DNA of 64,000 nt, from contig OX597818.1 of the NCBI GenBank assembly GCA_951406725.2, positions 111,476,001 through 111,540,000 of the forward strand, read 5' to 3'. The first letter of the stretch is position 1. Every line of letters starts with the position of its first letter. The notes below the pieces were generated by a model. The model was not told the origin of the DNA, did not search any database, and saw only the letters and a program-made list of their open reading frames with translations. The translations under genes were made by a program, and so were the position numbers. This DNA comes from Octopus vulgaris (lineage: Eukaryota). Shown here in pieces: positions 1 to 13,887 of this stretch.

Positions 1-117
1 TTCTGTTGGCCTGCTCGCTTAGCGAGCGGGGTGGCGTCATTCGAAGGCTAAAACAATGCGAACGCATTGTGACCAGCGATGTGTAGCAACATCTGATGGT
101 CTGGTCGGTCACGTGAT

Positions 118-120
<3 letters not shown>
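1..120. repeat. Unclassified interspersed repeat, cut by the window edge
   Basis: Its reverse complement aligns by eye to 43190-43260 plus 43437-43465 (ccaga/gctatc.gatgt...cgctggt..caatgcg...gaatga.gcca); it ends at a (TA)n array. Confidence 0.5.
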
Positions 121-150
<30 letters not shown>

Positions 151-151
151 C

Positions 152-450
152 AGGCACTCCGTCAGTTACGAGGACGAGGGTTCCAGTTGAACCGACCAAC
201 GGAACATCTTGCTCGTGGAATTAACATGCATGTAGTTGAGCACCCCACAGACACGCGTATCCTTAACGTAGTTCTCAAGGAGATTCAGCATGACCCAAAG
301 TGTGTCATGGTTTGCCCTTTGGAAATAAAGATACGACCCACATTCGCCAGCTGAGCAAACTGGAGCAAGATGATTTAAAGTGTCTTGCTCATGGCACAAA
401 GCACCGTCGAGTATCGAACTCACGGTCTTACGATCGCGAGCCGAATTGCC
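152..450 (-). mobile_element. tRNA-derived SINE, family C
   Basis: Minus strand starts with a tRNA-like head (ggcaattcggctcgcgatcgtaagaccgtgagttcgatac, B box) followed by gtgccatgagcaagacac; homologous to 38775-39070. Confidence 0.65.
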
Positions 451-679
451 TTCATTACGCACATATTCATGCACACTCAAAGGCAGACGAGAAAAAACAC
501 ACACAGAAGCATACATTCTCACACATGCATATATAGAAAGTGTGAAAGAAAACCGCTCATAGGTTTTTTTGTTGTACCCAAGCGTTGGTGAAGTAACGCA
601 GGTGCGATCAGTGTCTTCATATAAATAATATTTCTCTTTTTTCCTTTTTTTCTTTTAGTTACCATCATCAATACATTTA

Positions 680-1156
680 CAGATAGAAACAAGCGACCGT
701 CCGTCGAAGGGTCTTTGGGCTAACGTTCCTCGATCGAGTACTTAACTTGGAGGTCAAAGAGGCGCTGCATGTAGAAACGCTACATTTCTGAAGTGAGAGG
801 TCACAACTCCGATACTGCGGGCATGTGATAAGAATATCCGAGGAAAGTATCGCTGGACAGGTTCTACGGGCAAAACCAATCGGCAGGAGACCCAGGGGTA
901 TGGCTGCGATCGAGATGGTTGGATAATATCCATTAGCTCGGTTGGTCTTGCCTGCGGAAAGATCAAGATCCGATGGACGGCGTGCTTGAGGGCTCTGCCC
1001 CCACGACCGTCCCTGGAAGAAGTGAGCGAAGGAGATGAGATGCCACTGTCTTTGTTTGGAATGGTGCACCTGGTGTGTTTGTTGGTGAAACATTTATAAA
1101 GAATGGTGAACGTGGAAGGTATTCCTGCCATGCAATGAAAGGTAAGGTAAGGTAAG
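680..1156 (+). mobile_element. RTE-clade LINE 3' fragment (degenerate ORF2 C-terminus) with short (GGTAA)n tail
   Basis: Manual translation RRRVFGLTFLDRVLNLEVKEALHVETLHF*SERSQLRYCGHVIRISEESIAGQVLRAKPIGRRPRG matches the RTE C-terminal pattern (RRI.G...DRV.N..I / QLRW.GHV.R / G.RPRGRP); in-frame stops; ggtaa x3 at 1141-1156. Confidence 0.8.
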
Positions 1157-1159
1157 GAA

Positions 1160-1450
1160 ATGGATAGAGATGGCAGAGAGGTAGAAGAGCGGTAGAGAGT
1201 GAATGATTTAGAGGTGAAGAAAGGAAGTGTGCATGTGTGTGTGTGTGTATGTGTGTGTGTGTGAGAGAGAGACAGACAGAGACAGAGACAGATAGAGTGA
1301 TGGAGAAAGGGAGAGAGTGTGAGATATAGAATGATGGAGAAAAAGAGAGAGTGAGAAATGTATTAGGAAAGGGTGGAGGTAAAAATTGATGATGAGAGAT
1401 GAATAAAGGAGAAATGGTAAAAAACTGATGATGAAAAATGTAAGAGAAGC

Positions 1451-1500
<50 letters not shown>

Positions 1501-1945
1501 ATGAGAGAGAAAGAGAGAAAGATAAACAGTGAGTTAAAGGATGTGAAGTATTAAAAGACTTTGGTAGAGAATTAGATATAAAATAGGAGAAAGTAAAAGA
1601 AACAGAAACGAGATAAGAGAGAAACTGGTCAATAAGAAAGGATTGATGAATGAGTGATGAGAGAGGGATTGTAAGGAAGAGGATAAAGAGAGGAGGAGGA
1701 GAGAGAGGGTGAGGAGAGAAAGAGAAAGGCAAAGAAAAGAAAGAGAAATGAAGGAGGAGAGATAAAACTAGGGTGGAAGGAGAGATTGTGAGAAAAAGAA
1801 TGGTTAAAGTGGGAAAAGAATGAGAGAGAGAGAGAGAGAGAGAGGGAGAGAATAAAAGAGAAGAAAAGGGAGAGAGAGAGAAAATAAGGGAGAAGACAAA
1901 AGAGAAAGAGAGTGAAAGGAGGACGGTGGGGGTGGGGAGAAGAGT
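1160..1945. repeat. Purine-rich (GA)n low-complexity tract
   Basis: Near-continuous A/G composition with (GA)n runs. Confidence 0.85.
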
Positions 1946-2064
1946 TTTAAAGTGATCTTGATTTGTTTAACAAACACGTCAGACTGTTGAATTTTATTCG
2001 AAATAAGAGGCAAATCATTTGAATTCCACTTGAACAGATATTGGGGAATTAATTTAATATTATC

Positions 2065-2099
<35 letters not shown>

Positions 2100-2454
2100 A
2101 AACACACACCAGTTAAATGTACCTCCCCGCGTTATTCCATCTGACGTCAAATACGAATCACGCAATTAAAAGTGATCGAGAATTAAACCAACAAAGAAAA
2201 GAATACGAAAAAGAAAAAAAAAGAATTAAAAACAACATACAAAATTACAAAAATGATTGTAATTAGCAGCTTAGAAGTCTACTTTACAAATCGATACATA
2301 TTTGAAGTTGAATTTAGCTCGAGTCAAGCCGTAGATTGTTTTCGATATATTCTATTCTAATTCAGTTAACGATGGTCTTATATATTTTTGTTTGTTTCAA
2401 AATCAATTATACTTGCGAAAACTGTTTGTATATTTCTACATTTATACATTTAAA

Positions 2455-2539
2455 ACACACGCGGGCACACACATACACACACACATACATATATATACAC
2501 ACACATATACGTTCATATATACATGTATATGAAAATATA

Positions 2540-2583
<44 letters not shown>

Positions 2584-2825
2584 CATACATATACGTTCAT
2601 ATATATATATAAATATATGTGAAAATATATGTACATATATATATATACATACACACATATACGTTCATATATATATATATAAATATATGTGAAAATATAT
2701 GTACATATATATATATATATATACATACACACATATACGTTCATATATATATATATATACACACACATACGTCCATATATATATATATATATATTTACAT
2801 ATATATACATATATATACACACACG
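2455..2825. repeat. Compound (TA)n/(CA)n array with a higher-order unit
   Basis: catatacgttcatata...gtgaaaatatatgtacata recurs 4-5 times between TA runs of variable length. Confidence 0.85.
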
Positions 2826-3342
2826 TCAACATTGTTTTGTTTAATAGACAGCCTTTGATTTTGATTAAGCAAAGTTTGAAATTATTATTCCATTAATTTG
2901 AAATGCTACAGAGATTGCAGAGTTGGATAATATGATCTGTGTTCCAGTGTCTGTCACTTTCTTTGGAGCACATCAACCTGTGATCGATGAGAAAATACAA
3001 ATGAAAAGAAAGAAAAAAAGAAACAAAAAAACAAAGAAAAAGGGAAACCGATATTCTATATGGTAGCTTGTACAGCATTCACATCGACAGAAAGCTTTCT
3101 AACAGTATAATTCTCATCGATTCCCATGATTGCGGTGCTGTGTTCTTAATAAGACCATATAGTGTTCAAAGGATCCGGAGACTGAATTTTAATTCCTTAC
3201 TTTGATGAAAGGATTCGCGAATAATACCACAGAGTTATATTGGGGGCTACTTTATTTGATTTCGTGAGACAAAAGAGATTTTAAAGTTATTTAAATTAAA
3301 TCTGTAACGAAGAGTAAAACATTGGCGTTGATGGCAATTCTT

Positions 3343-3475
3343 GTGAAGAAAGTCAAGGGAGACAACTTTGATATCCAAATTGATGAGTTGAAGTTCAATC
3401 ACAGGAAATCTGTAGACGAGCAGGTCTACGATCAGACATGATTCGACATTGGCAGAAGTAACTTTACAAGGTATA
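3343..3475 (+). pseudogene. Probable Merlin (IS1595/ISXO2-like) transposase relic
   Basis: Manual translation VKKVKGDNFDIQIDELKFNHRKSVDEQVYDQT*FDIG resembles the Merlin motif KIGG....V[EQ]IDESKF.[KH]RK...G.....WVFG; short and degenerate. Confidence 0.4.
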
Positions 3476-3489
3476 CAGACAGCGTTATC

Positions 3490-3645
3490 CAGGAATGGCT
3501 GTGTGGTAAGAAGTTTGCTTCGCAACCACGTAGTTCCGGGTTCAGTCCAACTGCATGGTACCTTGGGCAAATATCTTCTACTATAGCCTCAGGCTGCCGA
3601 CTAAAGCCTTGTGAGTGGATTTGGTAGACTGAAGCTGAAAGAAAT
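3490..3645 (+). mobile_element. SINE family B, 5' half
   Basis: tRNA-like head ggctgtgtggtaagaagtttgct...ccgggttcagtcc, then ccttgggcaa and ccttgtgagtggatttggtagac. Confidence 0.8.
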
Positions 3646-3649
3646 CCTT

Positions 3650-3805
3650 TTCTCTTGGACTTTCCTTTGTTTCCTGTTTCTAAAGAAGAGCTTTGCCCGA
3701 AACGAAAAACACCCTTTCTTTCCTACCCTGAGCGTCTGCTAATACTTTGCATGTACCACGTCCTCGCGTTGTTGTTTTGTCTTCCTTTTGTTTTGGGATT
3801 AACTA
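3650..3805 (+). mobile_element. Penelope-like pLTR fragment with degenerate minimal hammerhead
   Basis: Homologous to 24625-24822 and 45283-45478; ctaaagaagagc-tttg-cccgaaacg; ends at (TA)n. Confidence 0.6.
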
Positions 3806-3851
3806 TATATATATATCATCGTTTACACACACACACACAGACAGACAGACA

Positions 3852-3899
<48 letters not shown>

Positions 3900-3900
<1 letters not shown>

Positions 3901-4292
3901 GAGTAGCTGTGTGGTAAGTAACTTGCTTTACAACAACATGGTTCCGGGTTCAGTCCCACTGCGTGCAGCTTGGGCAAGTGTCTTCTACTATAGCCTCGGG
4001 CCGACCACTGCCTTGTGAGAGACTTGGTAGACGGAAACTGAAAGAAGCCCGTCATATATATATATATTTATTTGTATGTTTGCGCATATGTTTGTGTGTC
4101 TGTGTTTGTCCACCTACCATCGCCTGACAATTGATGCTGGTGTGTTTACGCCCCCGGTAACTTAGCCCATCGGCAAAATAGACCGATAGAATAAGTACTA
4201 GTCATACAAAGAATAAGTCCTGGGGTCGATTTGCTCGACTAAAGGTGGTGCTTCAGCATGGCCACAGTCAAATGACTGGAGCAAATAAAAGA
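3900..4292 (+). mobile_element. SINE family B, near full length
   Basis: tRNA head, internal (TA)/(TG) spacer, conserved 3' body ...ggggtcgatttgctcgactaaagg...cagcatggccacagtcaaatgactg. Confidence 0.9.
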
Positions 4293-5010
4293 ATATACAT
4301 ATATATTCTACAGACCACTGATTGATAAATATTATTTGAACAGCCCATGCAATAACAGTTGTTTAATTAGAATTGTTAATTATAATAGATTTCTAAATCA
4401 TTTGTTGCATTCAGCGCGGTCCTACTTTGCTGCGATATTTTGTTTCACATAACTTGCCAAACATTATACAATCGCTGAAAAATCAAAAAATTATTTTATG
4501 TGGACATAAATAATTTTAAAATGTAACATAAATGCATAAACATATAGCATGAAACCAGTGCAAATAATATAATTATGAAAAACGAATTCCTCTCTAAACA
4601 CACTTTCGTGTTTACTTCAAGAAAGAAAAAAGAAGTAAAATGGCTACTTTTTGTGAATTTAACTTTTCCTCCATTTTGAATTTGTTTGCTTGTTTTCTTG
4701 CTTCTCACTTCATGTATAACTTTCTAATGTTTGAATTCAATCAGGCAATGTCATTAACAAAAGGATTGAAACTTAGCTCTTTATCCTTAGCGTTGCCGCT
4801 TCTTGGCTAATAAAGCTAGATTTTGGAGATGTTTTTATAGTTCCGGTAGCGCAGTAAAGAAAAATGCTTCCTTTTCACGCGTTTAACAAAAGTATGTTTA
4901 CCTAACGATGTCAGCAGTAACACCTCGCCCATCATTTATTCATAGCATTCAGCCTCAGAGGAGTTTTTCAAAGAATGAACAAACGTGATTAAATCTATTG
5001 CTATTACAGT

Positions 5011-5047
5011 CTATTGTTGTTTTGTTGTTGCTGTTGTTGTTGTTATA

Positions 5048-5119
<72 letters not shown>
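5011..5119. repeat. (TTG)n/(TTA)n microsatellite
   Basis: Direct reading. Confidence 0.95.
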
Positions 5120-5165
5120 GAGTGAGAGAGCAGTGCATGTCCTCAAAGTGACACTGAGGTAAAAT
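5120..5165 (-). mobile_element. 3'-terminal 46 nt of the TAA-associated companion retroposon
   Basis: Near-identical to 5374-5419 and to the reverse complement of 51445-51490. Confidence 0.8.
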
Positions 5166-5169
5166 TTCA

Positions 5170-5362
5170 GGCTCTGTTTTCGCGAACAGTCTTAAATCAT
5201 CCATGAAGAGAAGGTGGTTGAGACGGGATCCGTCCTTTCTCAGTTCATAGTGCGCGTTGACATTGCGTAGGACTACAGGAAGTTGGATCAAGGCTATAAC
5301 AAAAAAGTCAGGTGAACAAGAGTCTCCTTCGAAGTTACCTCTTTTGATTGTTGCCTCGGCTG
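5170..5362 (-). pseudogene. R4/Dong-type reverse transcriptase catalytic-core fragment
   Basis: Manual translation AEATIKRGNFEGDSCSPDFFVIALIQLPVVLRNVNAHYELRKDGSRLNHLLFMDDLRLFAKTE = non-LTR RT motifs RGI.QGD.LSP and HLL[FY]MDDLKL; not in the ORF track. Confidence 0.85.
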
Positions 5363-5373
5363 TTATTATTATT

Positions 5374-5821
5374 GAGTGAGAGAGCAGTGCATGCCATCAA
5401 AGTGACACTAGGGTAAAATATACGAAGCCCAGTATACCCATCATGACTACCCGTCTGATAAGGGTACACTAGGCATATTCATCACAACCATATGTGCGCG
5501 ACATCGTGATCTCATATCAAGATAAACAGCACATGACCTTGCAGTTAGAATTTTCTTCTGGTCGAGTAGCCCATCCCGCTCAAAAGGTCCCTGAATAAGG
5601 ATTGTTTAAGGATGTTGAACGAAACACCCATGTTTCCAGAGGTGAATTATTCAAACCCCAAAGAATCCCTCTCAACACATGGCTATGATGCTTCCCCACT
5701 ACTTCTGCTCATGATCAGAGATGCACATATCGTCAGCGACTAAGGGACATGCTCAACCGGTTAAGGTCAAGCAACTAACAAGCAAATCTGTGGTATTAAG
5801 CAGAATATTTGCTGTAGCCCT
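5374..5821 (-). mobile_element. Non-coding TAA-associated companion retroposon, 5'-truncated
   Basis: Aligns to about 51033-51490 in inverse orientation; (TAA)n on both sides. Confidence 0.8.
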
Positions 5822-5884
5822 ATTATTATTATTATTGTTATTATTATTATTATTATTATTTATTATTATTATTATTATTATTAC

Positions 5885-6750
<866 letters not shown>

Positions 6751-7043
6751 TGCCTTTGTACAGCTTCTAACACTGGAGATGTATTACAGTGTCAGCTGTT
6801 CACTACCAGTGAACTAAGGTAACACCTCTTATTTTTCGAGCACCTTCCGGAGTATTCGCGCTGGTTCCGAGCAGTGCGATTTTCTGCAAGTGCTCCACCC
6901 CTTTTGCAGCCCCCATTTGTTCCATGTACTTCTCAAGATTCTTGCTCACTACTCCCAGGGCTCCGACAATTATTGGTACCACTACCACCTTTTTCAATGA
7001 CCACAACTGCTTAACCTCCCAAGCTAACCTGTCATAGCTCTCG
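6751..7043 (-). mobile_element. R4/Dong-type 3' fragment, subfamily C
   Basis: YDRLAWEVKQLWSLKKVVVVPIIVGALGVVSKNL...LQKIALLGT = RLE C-terminus; flanked by TAA repeats. Confidence 0.85.
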
Positions 7044-7551
7044 ATTATTATTATTATAATAAATGAATTCCATTAACAAAAGTTGGTGAACATTTGAGAA
7101 GCCTTTTCCCTGATTTAGAATTTCAGTTGTTGTCCCTCCTGCTAAAGCTAGCGAATCGCAGTCTCTTATTGATTTTTCTGTGATTCAAGCAGTTCTAGAA
7201 TTAGAGTCTTCCATTGTGACTTATAATGACTAAAACTTATTCGCTTAGAATGGATACAGATAAAATAGCAAAACAAAATGCAGATGAATGTGTGTGTGTA
7301 TATTCCATTTAGAGATATTAGATTTCTATGGTTTCAGGTAAATTTATTTAGGCACAAGAATATACACATTCAGTGAACCATACACCATTATATAACACAG
7401 GATAGCTTAGGCACACACATACACACACACTATACACACACACTATACACACACACTATACACACACACTATACACACATATGCATACATATAATATACT
7501 GTAATAATTACAGATAATACTACATATACGTACATATATATATAATGTATA

Positions 7552-7634
<83 letters not shown>

Positions 7635-9264
7635 TCTCACAGGCACTAATGCACACACATGCAAAACAGGAAATGACACACTCACTTGCAAGATATGTCT
7701 TGACAAAGACGGTGAGTAAAAGATGGAAGGAAAGTGCTTAAGCTCTATACCCAAGAGCGCCCTAATGTCAATAAATTTCTCTTATAAGATCCAATTTCAT
7801 TCGCGTTCTTTCTTTCTATCTCTCTCTCCGTCTCTCTCTTTAGTATTTTACTTCTCATAAAGTCAAACATACATACACACAGATAATATACATATGTATA
7901 CATAGCTATAGATATATGAATCTATGTATGTATATATACATGTACAACTATTTGTGTGTATAAACGTATACGTGCACGTATATATACATATATATGGCCA
8001 CCAGCACATATCGTAAATCTGGCTCTTTAATAACGAGATGTTCTACCGTAACATCAAAATATATGGAGGAATATGTTACAGATTTATGTATAATTTGTAT
8101 TTGCCTTGCTCTCAAGCTTTATGATGAGGCAGTGATGGTGCATATACGCAGCGAATCGACCCACTAAATATAACAACTAATTCTCCGTTGTAGCATGGCT
8201 ACATGTTCCATGATAAAACATTCGTTAGTGTAATCCTTTGTCAGGTCATTTGTGTGGTCCCTCAAGAGTGATACTGATAACAAGGAATCCAGTACAATCT
8301 GTTGCTTGGTCGGGTCGTCGTCGGCTAAACCGCCACCCCCAATAAGCTTGCCTGGTTATGAGGGTTGCTAGAAAACCCAGTTGGACTAAAAATAAAAAAA
8401 AACGGGTGAACCTAGAGTAGATTCAATTACTTTTTAGCAATAACAGGAGCCCTTAGACATCCTGGATTGGTGTCCGGCGTATTGGAAGACCACTGGCAGT
8501 GATACACCCCTTAGCTTTTGTTAAAGTATGTCTATAGAAAACCGCTTCAACTCTATGATACGTTTGCTCAATAATCGGCGGAGACGTGTTCTGTGAATTC
8601 TCTGCGACGGTCGACAGTCGATGGCTAGATGATCTGTTACGTATCACACTATTCCAAACGTGTGTATACATGTGACCTGGGACCACATGTGATCTTGTAC
8701 TTCCGCTGAAACTCCGAGCACGAACTCTACACCTCAACAGCGAATGACGAGTACGGTTACGGTGTCCGCATTATCCCCGACTGTGGCCGACCGTCGGCTG
8801 TGGTCATTGTTCGAGGGGGGACAGAGTGAACTCATGAATCGGAGCCGTTTCAACCCACCTCGGATGTAGCCGCCAAAAGTACAAACTCAAGTAAGGAATC
8901 CTAGTCGGTTTCATATTGAAGGTCTTTGATCAGGGGCGAGACAAAGCTACAGAGTAAGGGCGGCGATTTTTGTATAGTTTATTTTGGGAGATAAGAATAT
9001 AGAATCAGAAGTGAAATGGTAAAGCAGGTACCCGACGTTGGGTACTATTTCATTTCACAGCAACACCAAGAACAACAACTTTAGCTATTAGATTTTGTAA
9101 GTAAACTTACTCATATAACAAAACAGTTTCAAAACACATTAAATAATGCGCCCTTGATATTCTCTCTCGGCAAACCGGAAACGCCTCTTGATCAGAATTT
9201 TGCATAATCAGGGTTTACCTGGAGTAAGCAACAAGAACCGCAAAATAAGGATAACGCAAGCTTA

Positions 9265-9270
9265 TACTAT

Positions 9271-9324
<54 letters not shown>

Positions 9325-9359
9325 CATCACTACTACTACTACTACTACTACTACTGCTG

Positions 9360-9418
<59 letters not shown>

Positions 9419-9425
9419 GCTGCTG

Positions 9426-9495
<70 letters not shown>

Positions 9496-9497
9496 AC
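9265..9497. repeat. (CTA)n microsatellite
   Basis: Direct reading. Confidence 0.95.
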
Positions 9498-9947
9498 TAA
9501 TATTTAGCACAAGGACACACAAATTTTAAAGAAAACCATTGAATCAGTCAAGGTACCAGCTTGATCTTCAACTTATCAATCCAGCTTTGATAAAAAAAGG
9601 GGGGGGGCAGCGTTGTCTTAGCGGTCTTTGAATTGCGAACATGGGAGGATGGAAGCTAATGTTGCGAGATCTTTATCAGGCTACTCAAAGTCTGATTAAA
9701 AAGTATCGGGACTGTTGCTATAGGAACAGAGCTAAACTAAGCAGAGTGAATGACCTTCAACTCCGTCGCTCATGCGCACTAAGTCATAACGTTCTCGCTC
9801 AATTCCGATGTTTTTAGTTGTGTTTGGTAGTAACGTGGGGGAGAGTGTGGTCATCTCACCACACCACAGAGGTTCCATCAGTGGCCACGGAAATGAAAAC
9901 TGAGCTGATAATCTACCTCAAATTTTACCCAAAGCATAATCACCGTT

Positions 9948-10360
9948 TACTCTTTTACTCTTTTTACTCTTTTACTTGTTTCAGTCATTTGACTGTGGCC
10001 ATACTGGAGCACCGCCTGTAGTCGAGCAAATCGACCCCAGGACTTATTCTTTGTAAGCCTAGTACTTATTCTATCGGTCTCTTTTTCCGAACCGCTAAGT
10101 TACGAGGACCGTAAACACACCAGCATCGGTTGTCAAGCGATGTTGGGGAGACAGACATAGACACACAAACATATACACACACATACATATATATATGCAT
10201 ATATACAACGGGCTTCTTTCAGTTTCCGTCTTCCAGATCCACTCACAAGGCTTTGGTTGGCCCAAGGCTATAGTTGAAGACAACGTGCCACGCAGTAGGA
10301 CTGAACGCGGGACCATGTGGTTGGTAAGCAAGCTACTTACCGCACAGCAACTCCTACGCC
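9948..10360 (-). mobile_element. SINE family B, full length
   Basis: Reverse complement of the family B consensus with (gagtaaaa)n tail. Confidence 0.9.
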
Positions 10361-10702
10361 TATTATTATTTATCTTTCCTTTACACGTGATTGTGTCAAC
10401 CGAGTTATGATATATTCAGGTCTAGGTACAGTGAGGTGCTTTCAGGGGAGAAGCGAAAGAGAAGAATCGACCCCAGTACGACAATGGTACTTTGTCGATC
10501 TAGAAAAATAAAAGGGATAAGTTGCTCACGGGCGGATTTGAACTCGTTGTGCAACGAAACTGAACAAATACAGCACAGTATTCTCCGCCGCCCTGGCGAC
10601 CCTGCTAAATCGCTAACCCATGACTTGTAGTATTAAGATTCTTTAAGTTTTGGTAAATATTCTACTTTCAGGTCATTGAATAAAGCTTTCGTTATTGTAA
10701 CC

Positions 10703-10760
10703 CAGTGGTTCTCAAAGTGGGCGGTATTGCCTCTCTGGGGCAGTGGAAAGTTCTAAAGGG
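10703..10760 (+). mobile_element. hAT (Charlie-like) MITE end
   Basis: cagtggttctcaaagtggg terminal motif; partner TIR not found. Confidence 0.4.
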
Positions 10761-11464
10761 GCGTTGAAGAAAAAAGGAGTCAGTAGATGTTCTGTAACAA
10801 TCTTTATTAAATATCCAAGCAATAAATGATTTTTTTTTCTAGAAGTGAAGAGTTGCAGTGTCTTTGCTTAACTGGCGGGGAACATCGGTTGAACTAAGTT
10901 GAGGTGATTAAATATACTTCTATGACTGAAATTGATTCCCACCTCAGTTTTCAAGTAGCTTATTCACTCAGTGATATAAAATCTTGCATTTCATGTTAAA
11001 AACCACACAATCATCCACATTTACTATGGATTTTTGACTTATAGATTCATTTACTTACCGTGCATTTAACGCAACAGGCTTTCCTTTTCGTATTTCTTTG
11101 TCTGTAATATCCAAATTCTTGGGACAAGATACCTATAAAATATAGAGAAAGAAAGAGTTGTTAGAACTTACGCAAACAACGAAATGAACAGCTACTACGG
11201 TATCAAACACACACGCATCGCAATTACGCAAAAGCAGATATGCACACACTCGTGCATACACACATATTACTGACGTCATAAGAATACATAAATTTTCAGG
11301 AGAACGTGAAATAATTTTTGTTTGGAACAGTGAGTCTCGCAAAACATAAACTAAAAATAATAATATTTGGCTGAAAACCCGTATATTTCGAAAAATCGGA
11401 AGGTGTCCGAGATAGATTGACTGTTATATTTATAGAAAACGTGGATTCGTGTTCCACGGAAATT

Positions 11465-11503
<39 letters not shown>

Positions 11504-11514
11504 TTTTATTCGTG

Positions 11515-11770
11515 TAACATCGTCCGTTTTCCGTCCCTGTGTTGTATACTTTCGAGGCTTTCTTCCAAGGAATCTAATGCGCTTGGCTTAGATTTCCCTT
11601 GGGGGCTGCCCAGATCGGAACAATCTCAAGATTAATCAGCCGAAATTGCGAAGATGATCCGGTTCTTGACTGATGACTGAGAGCTTCGAAAGTCCCGTCC
11701 GTGTTTTTTGTGTCGTCTTCTAATGTTTCACGTTCTTGTCCCAGTTTGTGCATTTTTTTACTTTTACATA
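11515..11770 (+). mobile_element. Interspersed repeat in a (TA)n context, possibly Penelope-related
   Basis: Homologous to the reverse complement of 53455-53700 (ctttcttccaagga.tctaatgc.ctt.gct.ag.ttt.ccttgggg); contains CTGATGA...CGAAA at 11670-11691. Confidence 0.5.
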
Positions 11771-12237
11771 TATATATATATATATGTGTGTGCATCTCTC
11801 TCCTTCTCTCTCTTTTTCTATGTGTGTATATATATGTATACTTCCTAAATAAATAAATACTCGAAAATATTTATATAGATATTATTATTAATTATCATCA
11901 TTAGTAGAATGGATGATAAGAACAATAATATAAGCTTTTATCAAACACGGCGAAATGGGAAAAGTTTTTAACCCTAGGTATATAGTGAGACCTGATGATG
12001 AGAATTAAGGGAGGTAAGCTCTCAAAATTCGAAATCGATTGATCCATTGATATCTATTTCCTCATTCTACGGCTTTCTGCCGGGATGGCAAATTAATTTC
12101 TTTGCTCGTAACCCGATTTCGGTTATGCGTGTTAAATTTCCCGTGATCTTTTACAGGATTTTCCACTCTGATTTTCACAGCAACGCTGGCACCTCGTGTG
12201 CCCCTATTATAAGTATAAATTAAATATAAAATTTCAT

Positions 12238-12310
<73 letters not shown>

Positions 12311-12810
12311 GTATGTTCCTTCTGTTCTCTCTGCTGGATTGCATGCACAGATGCAAACCAGGAAACTTCATGGTAGTATTTGACCGATATCGGGTTACAC
12401 AATACGAGTAATGAAATCACGTCCTATTCTTCACTGAAAGCATGCATAGTGCATGCATTCAAATCAAAAGCTACAGATACATAGTGGAGCCCTGCGCTTC
12501 CTCATTGTAAGTGCAACACGCGCAATTACAACGTAGTGAATATATCGACGGCGATATCATAGCTTGTAGATTGTAAAACAAGCTAATTACATTGTGAGCT
12601 AATACATACATCATCGTTAAATTCATCATTTGAACATTTTAACAACAAACGGAATATAGCGCTAAATCACGTTTAAAGTTTTTATTCGAAGAATAAATAC
12701 GCTAAATTTCGTTAATAATGAAAAATAAATTAATGTAAATGCAATTAATAATAAGTTGATTCTCTCTCTTTCTCTCTCTCTCTATCATATATATATATAC
12801 GCGCACACAT

Positions 12811-12873
<63 letters not shown>

Positions 12874-12907
12874 GATATATATATTTACAAATACATACAC
12901 ATATATG

Positions 12908-12946
<39 letters not shown>

Positions 12947-12969
12947 AGTCAGTTTATTAATAATTTGTA

Positions 12970-13016
<47 letters not shown>

Positions 13017-13429
13017 CTGTATATAAACAAGTGAATTTGCTTTAAAAATGAGAACCAAAATATATTCTTTTAAATTGGCGAAATTATGAGTAATTTATGA
13101 GGCAATATAATACCAAGTCATATAATATGATATATTATGATATAGTTCACTATGTTATAATATTAATATGAAATAACACGCGCTAATTATTAATTTCATT
13201 TGATAACGAAATTTATATAACTTTTATATTCTAAAATAAATTCCATGTGAATATTGGTGTTATATACAAGATACATATATATAATGTATGGTTATATATA
13301 TTTGTGTATCTATCTATCTATCCATCTATGTATCTATCTATCTATTTAGCTATCTATGTATGTATATATGTTTAGATATATTACACTTCCTTAAGAATAT
13401 AAGAATATAAGAAATAGAGATTTGATGTT

Positions 13430-13830
13430 TCATGCAAAGTGCTTAGTGTTTTTAAATAGGAAGATTTCCATAAAATCATTGGATACATGAAGAAGATGAG
13501 TTGGAACCATGCAAGATTTTTCTGAGATTTCCCTATTCAAACGGATAACAAGAATTAACATAGCGAGTCAGACAATACATTAATAGACAGTGAAAAAAAC
13601 CGATTTGCTTACTGGTTAATCCATCATGCCCGTTTGATCGTTGTAAGAAAGCATTAATATGAATGACTGAAAAAGCTACAACCCTTCACAACTTGAGACA
13701 CCATTACACTCCACAGTCGTTAGGTCTTAGTCTCTATTCGAAAACCCCACGACAAGTATGCACCTGAATAATATTTGAGACGCCAGCAGTCTAATCTTGG
13801 AGACTTCATTTGAACCAAGAATGCAGTTCC
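13430..13830 (+). pseudogene. Old degenerate R4/Dong-type RLE domain fragment
   Basis: EPCKIF*DFPIQTDNKN*HSESDNTLIDSEK.. then LLVNPSCPFD matches CKILWDFPIQTDKKLENNRSDI...CLLID.ASCPF at 61820-61948. Confidence 0.7.
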
Positions 13831-13887
13831 TTCAAAGATACCCCGTGTAAGTATCGCAAAATTTCCTTCAATATTTGGTCACTTTAA

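Noticed and set aside
677-1131. Two minus-strand ORFs of 138 and 125 aa
   Set aside because: Antisense shadows of the + strand RTE fragment
2893-2978. Candidate minus-strand terminal exon after a long polypyrimidine tract
   Set aside because: Only about 27 codons with no recognisable motif; such tracts are common here by chance
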